Below, in pieces: positions 1-20,600 of a DNA stretch of 64,000 nucleotides. The stretch comes from Lama glama. Its lineage: Eukaryota. The notes beneath the pieces are model-generated. The model saw only the letters and a list, made by a program, of their open reading frames with translations. It did not search any database and was not told where the DNA came from. The stretch is taken from contig CM052842.1 of the NCBI GenBank assembly GCA_028534125.1, forward strand, positions 682,001 through 746,000. The letters are read 5' to 3'. Made by a program: the position numbers and the translations under genes. How positions within the stretch are numbered: the stretch's first letter is position 1; the number at the start of each line of letters is the position of its first letter.

Positions 1-2
1 TC

Positions 3-362
<360 letters not shown>

Positions 363-869
363 CTAGAGGAGAGAGAGAGAACAGTTAGCCCTGCGGTGAC
401 ATGAACAAGCCGGGCACCCCACCTGCTGCAGAGAACCAGGATGGAAGGAGAAGGATTCTTGACCTTCGCCACAGGGCCATGGGGAGCCCAGGAAGAGGGG
501 CCAGGAGAGGCGAGTGGGGACCGGGTGGCTGGGCGTGAGGCTTCAGAAGGGGGTCTCCAGGCCGACCCCAAAGATGGAGGAGGTGATGGACAAGGGGATG
601 ACTTTGTCAACCTCGGGATTTTTGGCTTCAGCTCTTTCTCACAAGCAACCGGAGGGGCTTTCTCACAGCTGTTGACCTCTCCTGGGTCAGAGCTCCGCCC
701 GGGTCTGGGCTGGGGGCGCGGTCGGGGAGGTGTGGGGGTGTGCCCAGACCCTCCTCTTCCATCCCGCCCCTTAAGCAGCTTTAAGGGGCCAGAACCGGCG
801 GCTATTTCTATCCCAGGAAATCCCCACGCCATCTGTGACCAGCTGGAGCCCTGAGCCCTCTCCAGGAGC

Positions 870-1680
870 CGGCCCGAGCGTCCCTCGCTCCCAGGGTGGG
901 GGCAGCAGGCCTGGATCGGCTGCCGGGGTGCCTACCAGTGGGGCACGCCAGGAACAGCAGGTTGCGGGGGTGTGTGGGGGATGGAAGCGACAAGAGAGCG
1001 TGCGGGGGAACAAAGCAGACGTAGGGGCGAGGCGGTTGGTGGCGGTGGCAGCCGAACCCCCACCGAGGGCCGGGTGGGTCCTCCTGCCGTTCGAGGGGCG
1101 CTCGAGCCGCAGAACCCGCCGTCGTCGCAGCGCGCCGCCCCCGCCCTCCCGCTCCTGACCGTCCGGCCCCCGCCCCCGCCGCCGCCCGGGCCCCCGCGGG
1201 CCGCGCGCCGGGCCCGACCCACCGGCTGACCCCCCGCGGCGCCTCTCGGCTGCGAAGGGCCCTCGCGGGGGCGGCGGCAGCCGGCCAGCTGAGCCAGGAG
1301 ACACGCTGCTGGCCTGGGGCTGGGGACTCACCGCTCGCGGGGCGCCTCAGGACCCTGCGCACAGTGTCCGCTGCGCGGCCGCGCGGTCGACAGCCGCTGC
1401 GCCCACACCCGTGCCCGCGCCCGCGCCCGCACCCGCTCGGCGGCCAGCTCGGCTGGGCTGGCGCCTGCGGCTCGGGAGACGCAGCGGGGCCTTGTGACGG
1501 GGCGGGGCCTGGGGCGGGGCTGGCGGCGCAGGGGCGGGTCCGCGCGCTGGGCTCCGCAGAGAACGCGAGGCTGCTCCCGGACCGACTGTACCTGATCTGG
1601 ATTCCCTGCTGGCTTCTTTCCGACGCACAGGCCCGAGCCCCGCGGTCCACACTTGGGCCCCGAGGGCTGTGGACCCCTGG
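870..1680 (-). promoter_or_regulatory. GRINA: CpG island / GRINA promoter and non-coding exon 1
   Basis: Very CpG-dense, GC boxes near 1500-1540. Minus-strand donor GCG|GTGAGT at 1332/1331 marks the probable end of a non-coding exon 1. Confidence 0.75.
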
Positions 1681-2249
1681 AGGCTGATATCTAGCCTTGC
1701 CAGTTTGCTTAAGTGATTTGCTGAGTCTGATGAGCACCCTCCATCCCTCCTTGGCCTTAAAATCCTACTTTCCCTTTCAAACAAGTCTACCTCAAATCAA
1801 GAGACTTAACTGCTTAATTGCTGCACCCTCTCTATCAAACTAGTCCGAGCCCCTATTAGACCAATTCTCACTTGTTTTCATCACAGATCCACAAGATGCA
1901 AGGGTGGCATTTCTAGCCCTGTTTCACTGCTAAGGGGCTGAGGCTTAGAGATGGCCCAGGACTAGAGGCCAAGTTAACTTTCCTCAGCTTCATGGGTCTT
2001 GAGGAAGTGCTAGCTGCCACAGCCAGGGACACCCCTACTGGGCTGTCTCCTGGAGCCCCTGCAGGAGTGTCTCCCCACCTGGGGCCTACGGACCCTACTG
2101 GAAGGGTCTGCTGTGACAGACAAGTGAGCATCGGGGATGCAGCCAGACAGTGCTGGGGCCCTGTCAGTCCAGCCTGGCAGGACATCCAGAGGACCTTGGC
2201 TTTGCCACAGCCAGGGCTCCAGCAGCTACTGCTGCCACTTACAAGGCTC

Positions 2250-2960
2250 ACTCTGCCCTCTGCTGGGGATGGACAGTAGGAGTGGGCAGGAGTGGCAGAG
2301 AGAGATCGGTTAAGAAGTTAGTGTCATGATTCAAGCGAGAGATGATGAAGGCTTGGACCAGGGTGGGAGCAGCCAAGGTGCTGGGTGTGCAGCTTGGGGT
2401 CAGGCTGGAGAGCTGCTCTGTCCCCTGGAGGAGCAGCAAGGGTGGAGGCCGGGTTTCAGTGGCTGAGCGGTAAGTGGGAGATGGGAGAGCAGGAATGGGC
2501 ACAACTCTGAAAGGCTGGATGCCACTGGAGGAGGAGCAAAGGGAGGATTAAGTGGCAGAGGAAGTGTGGATTCTAAAGGTGCACCTGAGCGTGAGGCTCA
2601 GGACTGCCACAGGCCCTGTCTGCACCTCCATGTACCCTTCTGCGATGAGGAGATTTGCTGCAGCAGGGCGTGTCAGCACAGTGCCTGCACCTTCTGGGGT
2701 TGGCCTTGGTGACAACTTTGACAGCAACGACGACAACGCAGGATGGGACGGCTGGGCAGGTGCATGAATCAGAGAGAGAGCCACCGGGAAGGGAGTACAG
2801 GAGGTGGAGGAAGGCTGTGCTGGGATGTTGAGAGAGCGAGGAAGCTGCTCGCCCTCCCTGCTCATGAGGTGGGAGTGGGTCACTTGCTAGCTGTTTAAGG
2901 GTGAGCACGGTTGCAGTTGTGAAGGTTGCTGGGGAGAGTGGAGAGCCTGCCCCAGCCAGT
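2250..2960 (-). mobile_element. Degraded L2 LINE fragments
   Basis: Purine-rich motifs such as 'gcgagagatgatgaaggcttggaccagggtggg' resemble antisense L2; boundaries approximate. Confidence 0.5.
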
Positions 2961-3309
2961 CTAGGCCTGGAGAGTCGAGGGGTCATGCTGCCCGCAGTGG
3001 TGGGGGGGTGGTAACAAAGAGGCTAGAGATCCTTGAAGTGGGGGCAGCGACTCGAGCCCCCTGCTGGATTTAGCAGGGACTGTGGTTGGCCGTTTGTGGT
3101 TCACAGGGGAGGGCCAGTAGGAGTGGAGAACCGCCAGGAGCCACTTTACCCACTATACCAACCGGTGGGCTGGGGTGGGACAGATGGTACTGGTGGGTTG
3201 GGCTGAGGAGCTGGGGGGTGGGGCTGGAAAGTTCTAGAGGAGGGGCCTGAGAATGGAAGCACCAAGAGGCAGGCACTCAGCCCCAGCACCACAGGCCCCT
3301 CCCTCCAAC

Positions 3310-3330
3310 ACTTTCACTTTTGTTTTCCTG
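3310..3330 (+). promoter_or_regulatory. PARP10: IRF/ISRE-type element at the PARP10 promoter
   Basis: ACTTTCACTTTTGTTTTCCTG (reverse CAGGAAAACAAAAGTGAAAGT) contains the IRF consensus AAAGTGAAAGT, just upstream of putative exon 1 (donor CAG|GTAGTG at 3385/3386). Confidence 0.75.
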
Positions 3331-3531
3331 CCCCAGGCCTTCTGCTTCAGGGCCAGCGAGGGAGTCCTGGCTGACGGCGGCCCAGGTAGTGGGGGAGTGT
3401 GTGGGGATGTGGGATGCCCGTAATGACGAGGGGTGCCAGGAATGCCGCCAAGGGGCCTGGAAGGGGCTGGGAGGGGTGAGGCGGGACTGTGGGGCCGCTA
3501 CCCTACCCACTCTTCCGGCCCCAGGGCTGTG

Positions 3532-10416
<6,885 letters not shown>

Positions 10417-10706
10417 CCCAGGAGAACCTCCCCTCGGCCCAGCCTCCGGCCTCCTCCTCCCCAGGCTCGGCTCTGCACCGCCCTCTCGCCCCCTCCATTG
10501 CCTGGGGACATCCCTGTCTCCTGCTATGGTGCCTGTACGGGCGGTCGGACCAGGAGGTTTGGGGCTGTGTTCCCCCCGGGGCCAGGTCCCCGCGTGGGCC
10601 GGCCCAACTACCAGGGGTGAGCAGAGCCCAGGATGAAGGTGGGCCGGCCCGACACCGCCCGCCTCGGCCCTACCTCGCCCGAGCTTGGGCGCGACTATGT
10701 CGTTTG

Positions 10707-10712
10707 AATAAA
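10707..10712 (+). terminator. PARP10: PARP10 polyadenylation signal
   Basis: AATAAA about 290 nt after the stop codon. Confidence 0.85.
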
Positions 10713-10739
10713 CGTGTACGTGAAACTAGGCAGGGAGGC

Positions 10740-11860
10740 CTGCTGGAGTCCGGGTCCGACCTCTGTTTGCGGGGTGGGGAACCTCGGCGTGGCTAGCGGC
10801 GGGGACTGGGGGACAGAGCCCGCTGCTACTTTGGGGCGGCCCTGTGCGGACGGCCGAGGCCGGACCCAGCGCGCACCCGAGTGACCCCACGTCGCCTTAG
10901 TGTCACGCACGCTCCCCTAACAACGTCTCCTTGCCGACCGGCCCGCCTTCTGCGCGCGGGGAGGGGGCCGTGCCCAGCGGTAGGGGTGCGCGCGGCGGGG
11001 GCGCTGTGGAGAAGTCGCGCTCGCGCTCCAGCCCCGCCACCTCGGTGAGCCCCCGGCTCCGCGCGCACTCGGGCGCCAGGACCGCACGGGCGGCGCTCGG
11101 TTTGGGGCCAGGGCGGGGTTCCGGGCTCGCCCCGCCCGCGCAGCCTGCGCAACTCTCCCGGCAACGGCAGTCTGGCTGCAGCGGCCGAACTCAGCTGAGC
11201 TGAGCCACCAGGCACGTAAGGCCGGGGCGAGAAAGGGAGGCGCGGCGCACGGGAGATGCGGGGTCGGGTCGGGGCTCTCCTGCCACAGGCATCCCGGAAC
11301 TGGAGGCTGCGTCGTGGCCCATCCTCCCCAGGAGGGCACCACTTCTGCGCGCGGAGACTGCGGAACTGGACGGGCGGTGCCCCGGGTGTGGGCAGGAAAG
11401 GCTGCTAGGGAGGTGCGGCTGCCCGCCGGGCGCCGCGCGGGGGGCTGGATCAGAGGCGGCCTGCGGAGGAGTCCGTGGGAGGCGCGGCGGGGTGGCCCCC
11501 AGCTCGGTGCCCGCTGTCTCCTCCTCGCCCTTAGCCTGAGGGCAGAGGCACAGAGCCCACATTGTGCCCCCACGCCACCCCACCCTCGCCGGAACAGAGC
11601 CCCATTCACCTCCTGCACGCCAGCTCTGGTGGGGAGGGTGAGCCGAGGAGTGTGCACGCGTGGGTGTGGGTGGGCTTTGGCGGCCCGGCGGTGCGAGTGT
11701 GCGGCCGCACAGGATGGGCTGCTGGAGGGGCGGCCAGGCTCCCTGTCAGTTGCCGCAGCACAACTCCCGCGGCCCACGCCGCTGCGGCTCCAGCTATTTA
11801 TAGACTTTCACTGCGGAGACCAAGGTGGGACAGCGCTGGAGCTGGGGTGGGGTAAGGCGA
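10740..11860 (+). promoter_or_regulatory. PLEC: CpG island: PLEC upstream promoter with candidate non-coding first exons feeding exon 1c
   Basis: CpG-dense. Donor-like sites TCG|GTGAGC (11044), CAC|GTAAGG (11215), GGG|GTAAGG (11851). Exon 1c has its own acceptor, so it needs an upstream exon. MEF2-consensus CTATTTATAG at 11794-11803. Confidence 0.7.
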
Positions 11861-12460
11861 CAGGAGTCTGTTGGTTCAGACAGCTTGGAGGTACAGCCAG
11901 CGTTCAGGACGTGGGGTCTGGGTCCTTCCCTGAAGGCCGGGTGTCTCCCGATGGCCAAGCTTGCTGGCTGATTGAATATTAGAGGAGATAGGGTCCAGGT
12001 GTGGCCTGGACGGGTGGAGGGTGGGATCAGTGTCTTCTGATGGGGTGAGCCCCTGGGGGACAGCGTGGAGGGGCCAGTATTTGGATGACTAAGAGAAGGG
12101 AGTGGCGATGAATGTTGGGGCTGGGTCGGGGTTGGTGGTGGTCAGTGTCCTGGTGATAGACTGAAGGGAGTGAGGTCAATGTCTTGGAAGGGGTCACTGT
12201 GTGGGTGTCTGGGGCATGAGCAAGGAGGGAGTGAGGCCAACTGTGGATGAGGGGAAAGGGTGTCAGTGTCTGGCCTGAAAGGGTGAGGGGGCTCCGCATG
12301 TGGATGAGGGGACATAGGAGAGGTGTAGGTGTCAGAGTCCAGGTAATAGTGTGGCTGGGGTGGGCTCAGGGGCTAGGTTCAGGATGTGACGGGTCAGTGT
12401 GCAGTATCTCCCCCATACACAGAGGTGTGACCCCCCCTCCTGCTCCCTTTCCAGGAGGTC

Positions 12461-12653
12461 ATGTCGGGCGAGGACCCCGAGGTTCGGGCAGTGGTCGAGG
12501 ATGGCTCCAATGGAGGCAGTGGCTCGCCCAGCCCTGGGGACACACTGCCCTGGAACCTGGAAAAAACACAGCGGAGCCGGCGAGGCGGAGGCGGTCCCGG
12601 GGGGAATGGGAGTGTCTTGGACCCTGCCGAGCGGGCGGTCATCCGCATTGCAG
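12461..12653 (+). CDS. PLEC: PLEC alternative exon 1c
   Basis: [11 protein letters not shown]...[12 protein letters not shown]...[13 protein letters not shown]; acceptor ccag|GAGGTC at 12454/12455; phase-1 donor G|GTAATA. Confidence 0.95.
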
Positions 12654-15600
12654 GTAATACCAAAGGGCTTTGTCTGTCCAGTTCATAAGCACTTGCTGGT
12701 TGACCGAGCACCTGCTGTGTGCTCTGTGCAGGTATGGGAGGCCTGAGAGGGGGCCTCTCCTGTCCCAGGTGATTGCAGACCCCACAGCGCCATCTGCTGG
12801 CTCCACCCGGTCAGCTGTCTGAGGCCTGAGGTTGAACTTGCTGTGGGGCCACCATCGCAGGCCTCAGGACGAGGGTCCAGTGCCCAGGTGTGATGATGGC
12901 ACTGCAGAGCACAGACCCCAGTCCATCAGCAAGGGCGGAATGAGAGCCAGGCTGGCCCCTGCAGAAGGCCGAGAGGGTGGGCCGAGGCATGTGGGAAGAG
13001 GGCTGGAAGCCCAGTGCCAGGCGAAGATGGTGATGTGGGCAACGAGGAACTTCGTGGGTGGAAGCACAGGCAACGGCTTGTGGGAACACGGGACAGCCGC
13101 TGTCTGCCCCACCCCCAGGGGCTCGTGGGGACATGGCGGATGTCAAAGGACCAGGTTCTTTTTCACCCACGTGAAAGGGAACCCTGGACGCCCTCGCAGT
13201 GTCAGCCCCTGCTGGCAGGCGGCAGTGGTCTGCATGCGGCCACACCTGTGTTAGAGTGTGTGCATCTGACGACCCTCCTAGTACTGAACCCTAGACGGGG
13301 CTTCTGGTCACAGGGCGTGCAGTGTTTAGTTAGAGGAACACTGCCGCGCATTCCGGAAAGAGGCTATTTGCCAACTCTGGCGGATGGGGCAGAGGGCGGG
13401 TGGCTTTGCCAATATGATGAGTGGAAAAGAAATTTTTTTAACCAAGCATTTTTTCTTCTGTAAATCCCCTATTTCAGTCCTTTTAATACATAATTAAATT
13501 TCGTGTGTGTGTAAGGGTTTTATATTGAAGACACCAGCTCCGTCTCCCTTGTTGCAATGGCAGGGTCCTAAGGTGCAATGGAGGGAATGGGGGGAGGGGC
13601 GCGCCTGGGGCAGCAGGGTGGCCGGGGCGATCGAGGCTGGTGAGGGAGGGGTCCCCTGCAGGGCTGGGAGCCGGGCGAGGAGAATTCAGGCTGTTGGCAG
13701 GCCAGTGACCCGGGCGGGAGCGGGAAGTGGATGTGAGTCCACTGGGACCAGCGTGGGACCGAGACTCGGAGCATCAGAGCCCGCTCGGGCCAGCCAACGC
13801 CGGGAGGCGCCTGGGTGCGCGGCTGCAGCTCCCCTGGGCTCCGCCGGCCCCGCGCTCCGGCCCCGCCCCGCCCGTGGGGCATCCTGGGTGCGGGGCGGGG
13901 CGGGGGCGGCCCCTTTAAGCGGCGCGCCGGGCCTCAGGGACAGAGTGGCCGCCGGGGGCTGGAGCCCCGCTCAGCGCCGCAGCGCCCCGCCCGTCCCGCG
14001 CCCGCCGGCATGGCCGCCCGCCTGCCGCCCGGCCCGCCGCCCAACGAGCAGGACTTCATCCAGGCCTATGAGGAGGTGCGGGAGAAGTACAAAGGTACGG
14101 CGCCGCAGCTCCCGCCCACCCTGTGGGCTACCTGCCGTCCGGCCGGCCCTGACAGATCCTCCAGCCTGACAGTCTGGCCTCTGACACCTTGTCCGTGGTG
14201 GCCGTCCGGATCAGAGCCCAACCCAGCGCCCCTGCCAGCCTCGCTCGACCCGCGAGGCCGCTGGCGCCCAAGGAAGAGGCAGCACGCTAGGCAGAGCCCT
14301 GTGGTCATGCCCTTAATAGGGCATCCTGCGGCCGGGTGGGTGGGGTGGGCCGCTCCGGCCAAATGTCGTGTGTCCCGAGCCTATGCACGGCCAACACGTG
14401 GGTCAAGGCTGAGCTGTCCCCTGCCCCTCAGCTGGGTGCTTCCCCGAGGGGTGGGGATGGCTGCCACTGCCTGGCAGTGGGTCACATAGTTGCTGCCTCT
14501 CCTCACGTCCCCAAATTGGTGAGCACCTAGACTGCCACCCTTCCTTGGCAGGGACCCCTGTTACACCCCTTTCCTGTCCCCTGGGGAGCAGCTGTGGGCG
14601 TGGAGAGTCAGGGCAGCCCTCTTCCTCTTTAGAGGAGCTCACCCTGTGGCTTTGGCAGCCCCTCTTGCCCTGCTCCACACCCTCTGGCCCCTGGGGCCTT
14701 GGGATCTGCCCAGGCGCTCACTGATGTCAGCCGCCCACAGCCCAGTTGCCTGGTCTCTGGACTATGAGCAGGCGTGGACATAGCCCTGGCCGCTGGCCCA
14801 CAGAGGCTTAGGGGCCTGGGAGTGAGCTGCTAGAGGGGTCGAGGTGGGGCCCTGGGCAGAGCTGGCCCAGAGCAGATCTAGCTCCACACGGCTGGTTATG
14901 CTGGCTCTGCCCTCCAAGGGCAGTTCAGGGAGAGAGGTCCTGCTGGGACCTTGCCTGGAGCCCTGGACAGTCGCTGTCCACCCACTGACCTCATGCAGTC
15001 AGGGGAGATTTCCCGGGGCCCAGGGCTCATCTCTGCTAGGCAGTCCTCCACTAACAGCTTTCACCGGGTCCCGGGCAGGGCGAATGCGCTGTATGGCTCT
15101 CCCTGTCAGTGCTGTGGCTGACCCGTTTGCCTCTGTGACTCGTGCACTTGGGCCAGGTAGAGACACTCCTGTGACAGTGGATCCTGAGCCTGACCACTGC
15201 ACCTCCAGGGAGGGAGGGCACATCTAGAGGGGACTCCACATGGCTGGCCAGGCCTTGGAGGCTCCGTCTGGACAGGTCCAGGGCAGAGAAGCATCTGCCT
15301 ACTTGGGCCACAGCTCTCCTGGCAAACCCTAGGACAGAACTGATTATGAACTGGCTGCTCTGGTGTAAGTGGGGACACCTTCACAGAATAAAAAGTGCTT
15401 TGTTCTAGAATCCTCTTTGGTCTGATCACGTCCAGGGCTCTGTGCGATTCCAGAGCCTGGCAGGGTATCACGCCGGTGTGCCCCAGCCTGTGGAGCTGTG
15501 TTCTTCTCTACTCCCTCCGCGGAGGGGCCTACCTTGCAGGAGTGAGGCCTGACGGGACCCTGGGGCTTTCCCACCTCAGTGCCCCGTCCCAGCCCAGCTT

Positions 15601-17647
15601 CCCTGATGCCAGGGTTGGTGTCACCTGGCCCGTGTCTGCCTCCTGGGCTTGCCTGCTTCCTCCTGTGGAGGCCGGGCACCTGCCTGAGGTGGACCTGCTT
15701 GTGCCAGGGTGCGACCGCCTGAGTTGTGGCCCTGGCCTGAGGGTGGCTGAGAGTGGTAGGAGAGCCGGTCCTGGGGTCTGCTGTGCAACCAGGGTAGGGG
15801 AGGCTTCTGGGGCACCTTAAGTCTCTTCAGCTCCTGGCTTGAGCCAAGAGGATGGGTAGGGGGCTGTGCTGGGGCCACCGCCAAGACTCAGAAATGGCCC
15901 AGAGGAGGCCAGGTTATGGGCCACAGGCCTGACCGCTGCAAGCCCCTTGGACCTTCTGGAGGCCTGAGGCCCTGGTGGTCCATCCCTGGAGTGGAGGGCT
16001 ACCCCCAGTGAGGGAGGGAGGTGGGGTTCCTAATTCAGCTGTTGAATGACTGCTGGGGACTGGGCTGGGGGACTGGAGTTCCCCTCTCCTGGGGCCCAGC
16101 AAGCACTGGCAGGCTCTGCCCTTGGGGACCCCTGCCTAGCCCTTCACACCCACTCCTGGCCCATCACTGGGCCCATGAAGGGCTCTGGCTTCTGCCTCCT
16201 GGCTTCTTCTCTGCGCTGGCATTGCCCGCTAGCCCTACCCTCGCCCTGCTGTCACCCACAGGATGCGCTTTCCCTGTCTGCCTCCAAAATCTGGCCTCTT
16301 AGCCCCTCTGCCCAGTGACCCTAAACCCCCAACTCCGCAGGCCTTACCCTAGACACTTCACTCCCCAGCTCTCCCTCTGGAATTCCCCAATCCTCCCCAC
16401 ATGATTAGTGCTCTTCCCAGAACATTCTTAGTTTCCTGTCTGCCTGAGTCCCTTGCCCCTCCCCATCCTCCCTGCCTTCCCTGCAGGGTGGATTCCTGTG
16501 AGGCTAAAGGCCACTGGGGCCTGTGGCTGGAGAGCTCTGGTGCTCCATGGGTGGGGCCTCCCACGCTGAGGACTCTGTGGGCTGGTGGGGGTCTCCGGAA
16601 CCTGGCCTGCGTCAGTTCAGAGAGACTGGGCCAAGGGAGCCTGGAGAGGCCTGGGGTCAGGTGTAGGAAGGCAGGGTTAGGGCAGGGGAGAGTCCAGAAG
16701 ATGCAGGTGAGTGGGCAGTGAGGGTAAGGGTGTGTGGTGAAGGAGTCCCCAGCCCCCATGGGAGGTGCTTTGTGCCTGGGGCCAGAGGCCTGTCCAGACA
16801 GACAAGGCATAAAATACAGGGCAGGGAGTGGGAGGGCCGGCCAGGAAGGCCTGGGTAGAGACTTCGAGGCTGTCCCATCTGGTCTGGGAGCAGGATGGTA
16901 ACAGAGTCAGGTTGAGGGGACGGTGCGGAGGGCAGTGTTTGACGGTGCAGCCAAACCTGCTGTGGTGGTCCTGAGGGGGCAGTGGTGTGGAGAGGGGAGG
17001 GCAGAGGTGAGTACTGCCAGTGAGAGGGTGGGATGGCTGTGGGCCAGGTCCTCCAGGTAGGTGTTAGAGTGGGGAGCCTGCAGGAGGCGCCCACCTGGGA
17101 GACCTGCCCCGGTCTAGAGGAGCAGGGGCTGGAGAGAGACAGGAGCCGTGGTAGGCAGCGCCGGCGTTTCTGCGGGGCCTGCTGAGCACACTGAGCCGTG
17201 CTGCTTCGAGGCTCAGCCGCAGGGGCTTCCCTACCTCCCTGTCAGGCCCCGGCCTGCCCCATGCCACTGTGCCCAGCACCCTCCTCACGTGTCCCGCCCT
17301 CTGCTGTCCTGGACTCTGAGCCCAGTTATCTGTGACCCTGGCACCGGCCCAGGCTCTCAGCAGCCTTTGCAGGGTGCTCGCATGGGTGAGTGGGTGACAG
17401 CATGGGGTGGGGTGTCATCTTCGGTGGCCAGAGCTCAGCTAGCAGGATTGGAGGCTAGGGGTTATTTGGGGCTCTTTGTGGAGGGCTTTTGGTCTGTGTT
17501 TATGGTCAATAGCAAAATGTGCTAAAAACAAACAGGCACTCTGGAAGTAGATAAAGAAAAAAGGTGGGTCACACCTCTGGCCCCTAGTCTTGAGGCTGGG
17601 GTTACCACAGTGCGTGTGCGTGTGTGTGCTTGTGTGCGCGCGCGCGC

Positions 17648-17683
<36 letters not shown>

Positions 17684-20600
17684 ATTCAATGGTTTTTAGC
17701 TATTAATAGACTTGTGAAATCATCACCACAATCGATTTCAGAACGTTTGCATCATGCCCCTGGCCAACACTGATCTACTTTAGGTCTCGATGGATTCGCT
17801 TGCACTGGACATTTCATATAATGGAATCAGACAGTTTTGTGTCTGGCTTCCTTCACTCAGCATGTTGTCGAGGCTCACGATGTCCTGGTGTACTACGTCA
17901 GTACTTCATTCCTTCTTGTGGTGGGGTAATAAATACTCCATGGTATGGATAGACTACATCTTGCTTATCTTTTTTATGTTTCATGTTTATGTTTGCATGA
18001 GTTGATGGGTATTTGGGTTGTTTCCACCTTTTGTCTATTTTGAATAATGCTGCTCGAACACCTGTGTGCACATGTCTGTGTGGATATGTGTTTCCCTCTC
18101 TCAGGCCCAAGGCCAGGAGTGGAATTGCTGGAGCATGTGGGAACCTTACATTTACCTGTTTGGAGAGCTGCCAGGTTGGCTTCCAGAGCAGCTGCACCTT
18201 CTGCAGCCCCATGATTGTGGATAAGGTTTCCAATTTCTCCACATCCTCACCAACACTTATTATCATCTGCTTTTTTGATGATAGACATTTAGTCTTAGTG
18301 GGTGTGAAGTGTTCTCTCTTGATTTTGNNNNNNNNNNNNNNNNNNNNNNNNNNNNNNNNNNNNNNNNNNNNNNNNNNNNNNNNNNNNNNNNNNNNNNNNN
18401 NNNNNNNNNNNNNNNNNNNNNNNNNNNNNNNNNNNNNNNNNNNNNNNNNNNNNNNNNNNNNNNNNNNNNNNNNNNNNNNNNNGATACAGATTGTTTATCA
18501 GATATGTGCTTTACAAAAAATATTCTTTGATTCTGTAGACTGTCTTTTTATTTTTTGTCTCCTTCGGAGCACAGAAGGTTTTCGTTATGGTGAATCCAAT
18601 GTGTCTGTTTTTTCTTGGTTGATTGTGCTTTGGTGTCGTATCTAGGAAGCTNNNNNNNNNNNNNNNNNNNNNNNNNNNNNNNNNNNNNNNNNNNNNNNNN
18701 NNNNNNNNNNNNNNNNNNNNNNNNNNNNNNNNNNNNNNNNNNNNNNNNNNNNNNNNNNNNNNNNNNNNNNNNNNNNNNNNNNNNNNNNNNNNNNNNNNNN
18801 NNNNNNNNNNNNNNNNNNNNNNNNNNNNNNTGAAAAGATTTTTTTTTCCTCCATTGAATTGTCTGGGCACCCTCATGCTTTTTAATGGGTACTAAATATT
18901 CCACTACACGGAAGTACCTCAGTTTATTTATCTGGTCCCTTTACATGGAAACTTGGGCTTATTGTTAAAAATGATTGTATTTCTGAATTGCCTTCCAGCA
19001 TCGATGAGCTAGCAGATGCGAGGCAGACTAGGCCCAGTGCCTCGCCCGGTGGTTGATGAGTCTAGTGTGTTTTAATTTGAGTTTTTTGATTATTAATTAA
19101 AGTGAGTATCATTTATAGTTACTGTTTGTACTTTTTCTTTCATGAGTTCCCTGTTCCAAAGCATTGCTTGTTTCTCTACAGGGTGTTTTGTTTGCTTTTG
19201 AATTAGCAGGGCTCTTTATATATTATGAATATTAACTTCCTTGTCTATTATCAATGTTTCAAATTTTTCTCTCAGTTTGTTACTTTTTTAAAGTAAATTT
19301 TTAGCTGAAGTATAACATTCCTACAGAAATTAAACATATACAGCTTAGTTAAAACTCGGAGTTGCCTAGTGACCAGCACCTAGATCATGAAACAGCTGTT
19401 TTGCCTCTTAGAAGTTCCCCAGGGTCACCTGCCACTTAATTCCATGATGTCCTTGGCCATATGCACCTTTAAGTTCACCAGCCTCTTATTTTACGGCTCT
19501 GGAGTCTGTATCCTGCTGAGACCTTCTTCCAGTTCTGGTGCGTGTTTCTGTTTTCTAACATCTTTGTCTTTAATCCATCTGGGATTTGTTCTGGGTTGAG
19601 GTGTGTGGGACACTCGGGGTGTCATGCCCAGGGTCTGGACATAGATTAGTGGGTGACAGAGAGGATTTTAAATATCTCCCAACCCACCAAACGCAGCTCA
19701 CTGAGGGAAGGGTCCACGTCCTGCTGCATCTCTGTTCTGTGGTTTGCAAATGAGCCAACAGATGGGCGGGAAGGTGGACCCTGAGCCGGACCCTTGCAGA
19801 AACCCTGACCAGGCGTGAAGTCCTGTAGGGGGCCCCAGAGAAGGTGCTGAGGACAGACCCAGTGGCGGTGACAGTGGGGCCTGGGAGCAGCAGGGGGAGG
19901 GCGGCACCTCTGCAAGGAGGTCAGTGGGAGAATAGGAGCCCGGTCCTGGGTGGAGTGCACTGGGGATGACTGTGAGACACGCGTGCTGGTGGAGATGCCG
20001 AGACGCTGGGAAATGCCAGGCAGAGCTGGGGAGACCAGGCTGGGGTCAGTGCTTTGGGGCCTTTGCTAGGAAGAGAAGAGGCCTGAGCTCCGAGCCGGAG
20101 GAAGCCAGGGAAGCAGAGCAAGGGGCTGGGGCAGGGGCAGAGCCATGCCTGGGGTCTGGACACAGGGAAGGGGAAGTGGCGCTGAACCAGGGGACGGCTG
20201 CCTGGGCAGGAGCTCTCGAGTGGGACGAGGCCCTTGGTGTGCCTGGCTTGGTCGTGAGGGATGGCAAGGACTCTGGTGAGACCTGTTGGGGGGGCGTGGT
20301 CAGATGGGAGGTGCTGAGAGTGTGGGGGTGAGAGGGGAGGTGTGAGACTGTGGGGTGTCAAGGGCGTGTGAGAGGGAAGCTGCCCCCCAGGGCGGAGTGG
20401 CGACACGGAGGCCACACTGTCAGCAGAGCACCTGGCCCCAGGGCTGGTTACGTTCATCTCCTCTCCCGGCCTCTGGAGGTCCTTGGCCTGTAGCTGTGTC
20501 ACTGCAGTTTCTGCCTCTGGTGTCAGCATGGCCTACTCCCCTGTCTTCTCCTCTGTCTCCTGTAAGGACACTTACGATTGATTTAGGGTCTCCCCTAAAT

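Noticed and set aside
771-1784. Several 100-300 aa ORFs in the GRINA CpG island (likewise 10826-11982 and 13507-14489)
   Set aside because: Stop-poor GC-rich promoter DNA giving Pro/Arg/Gly/Ala-rich translations with no recognisable domain.
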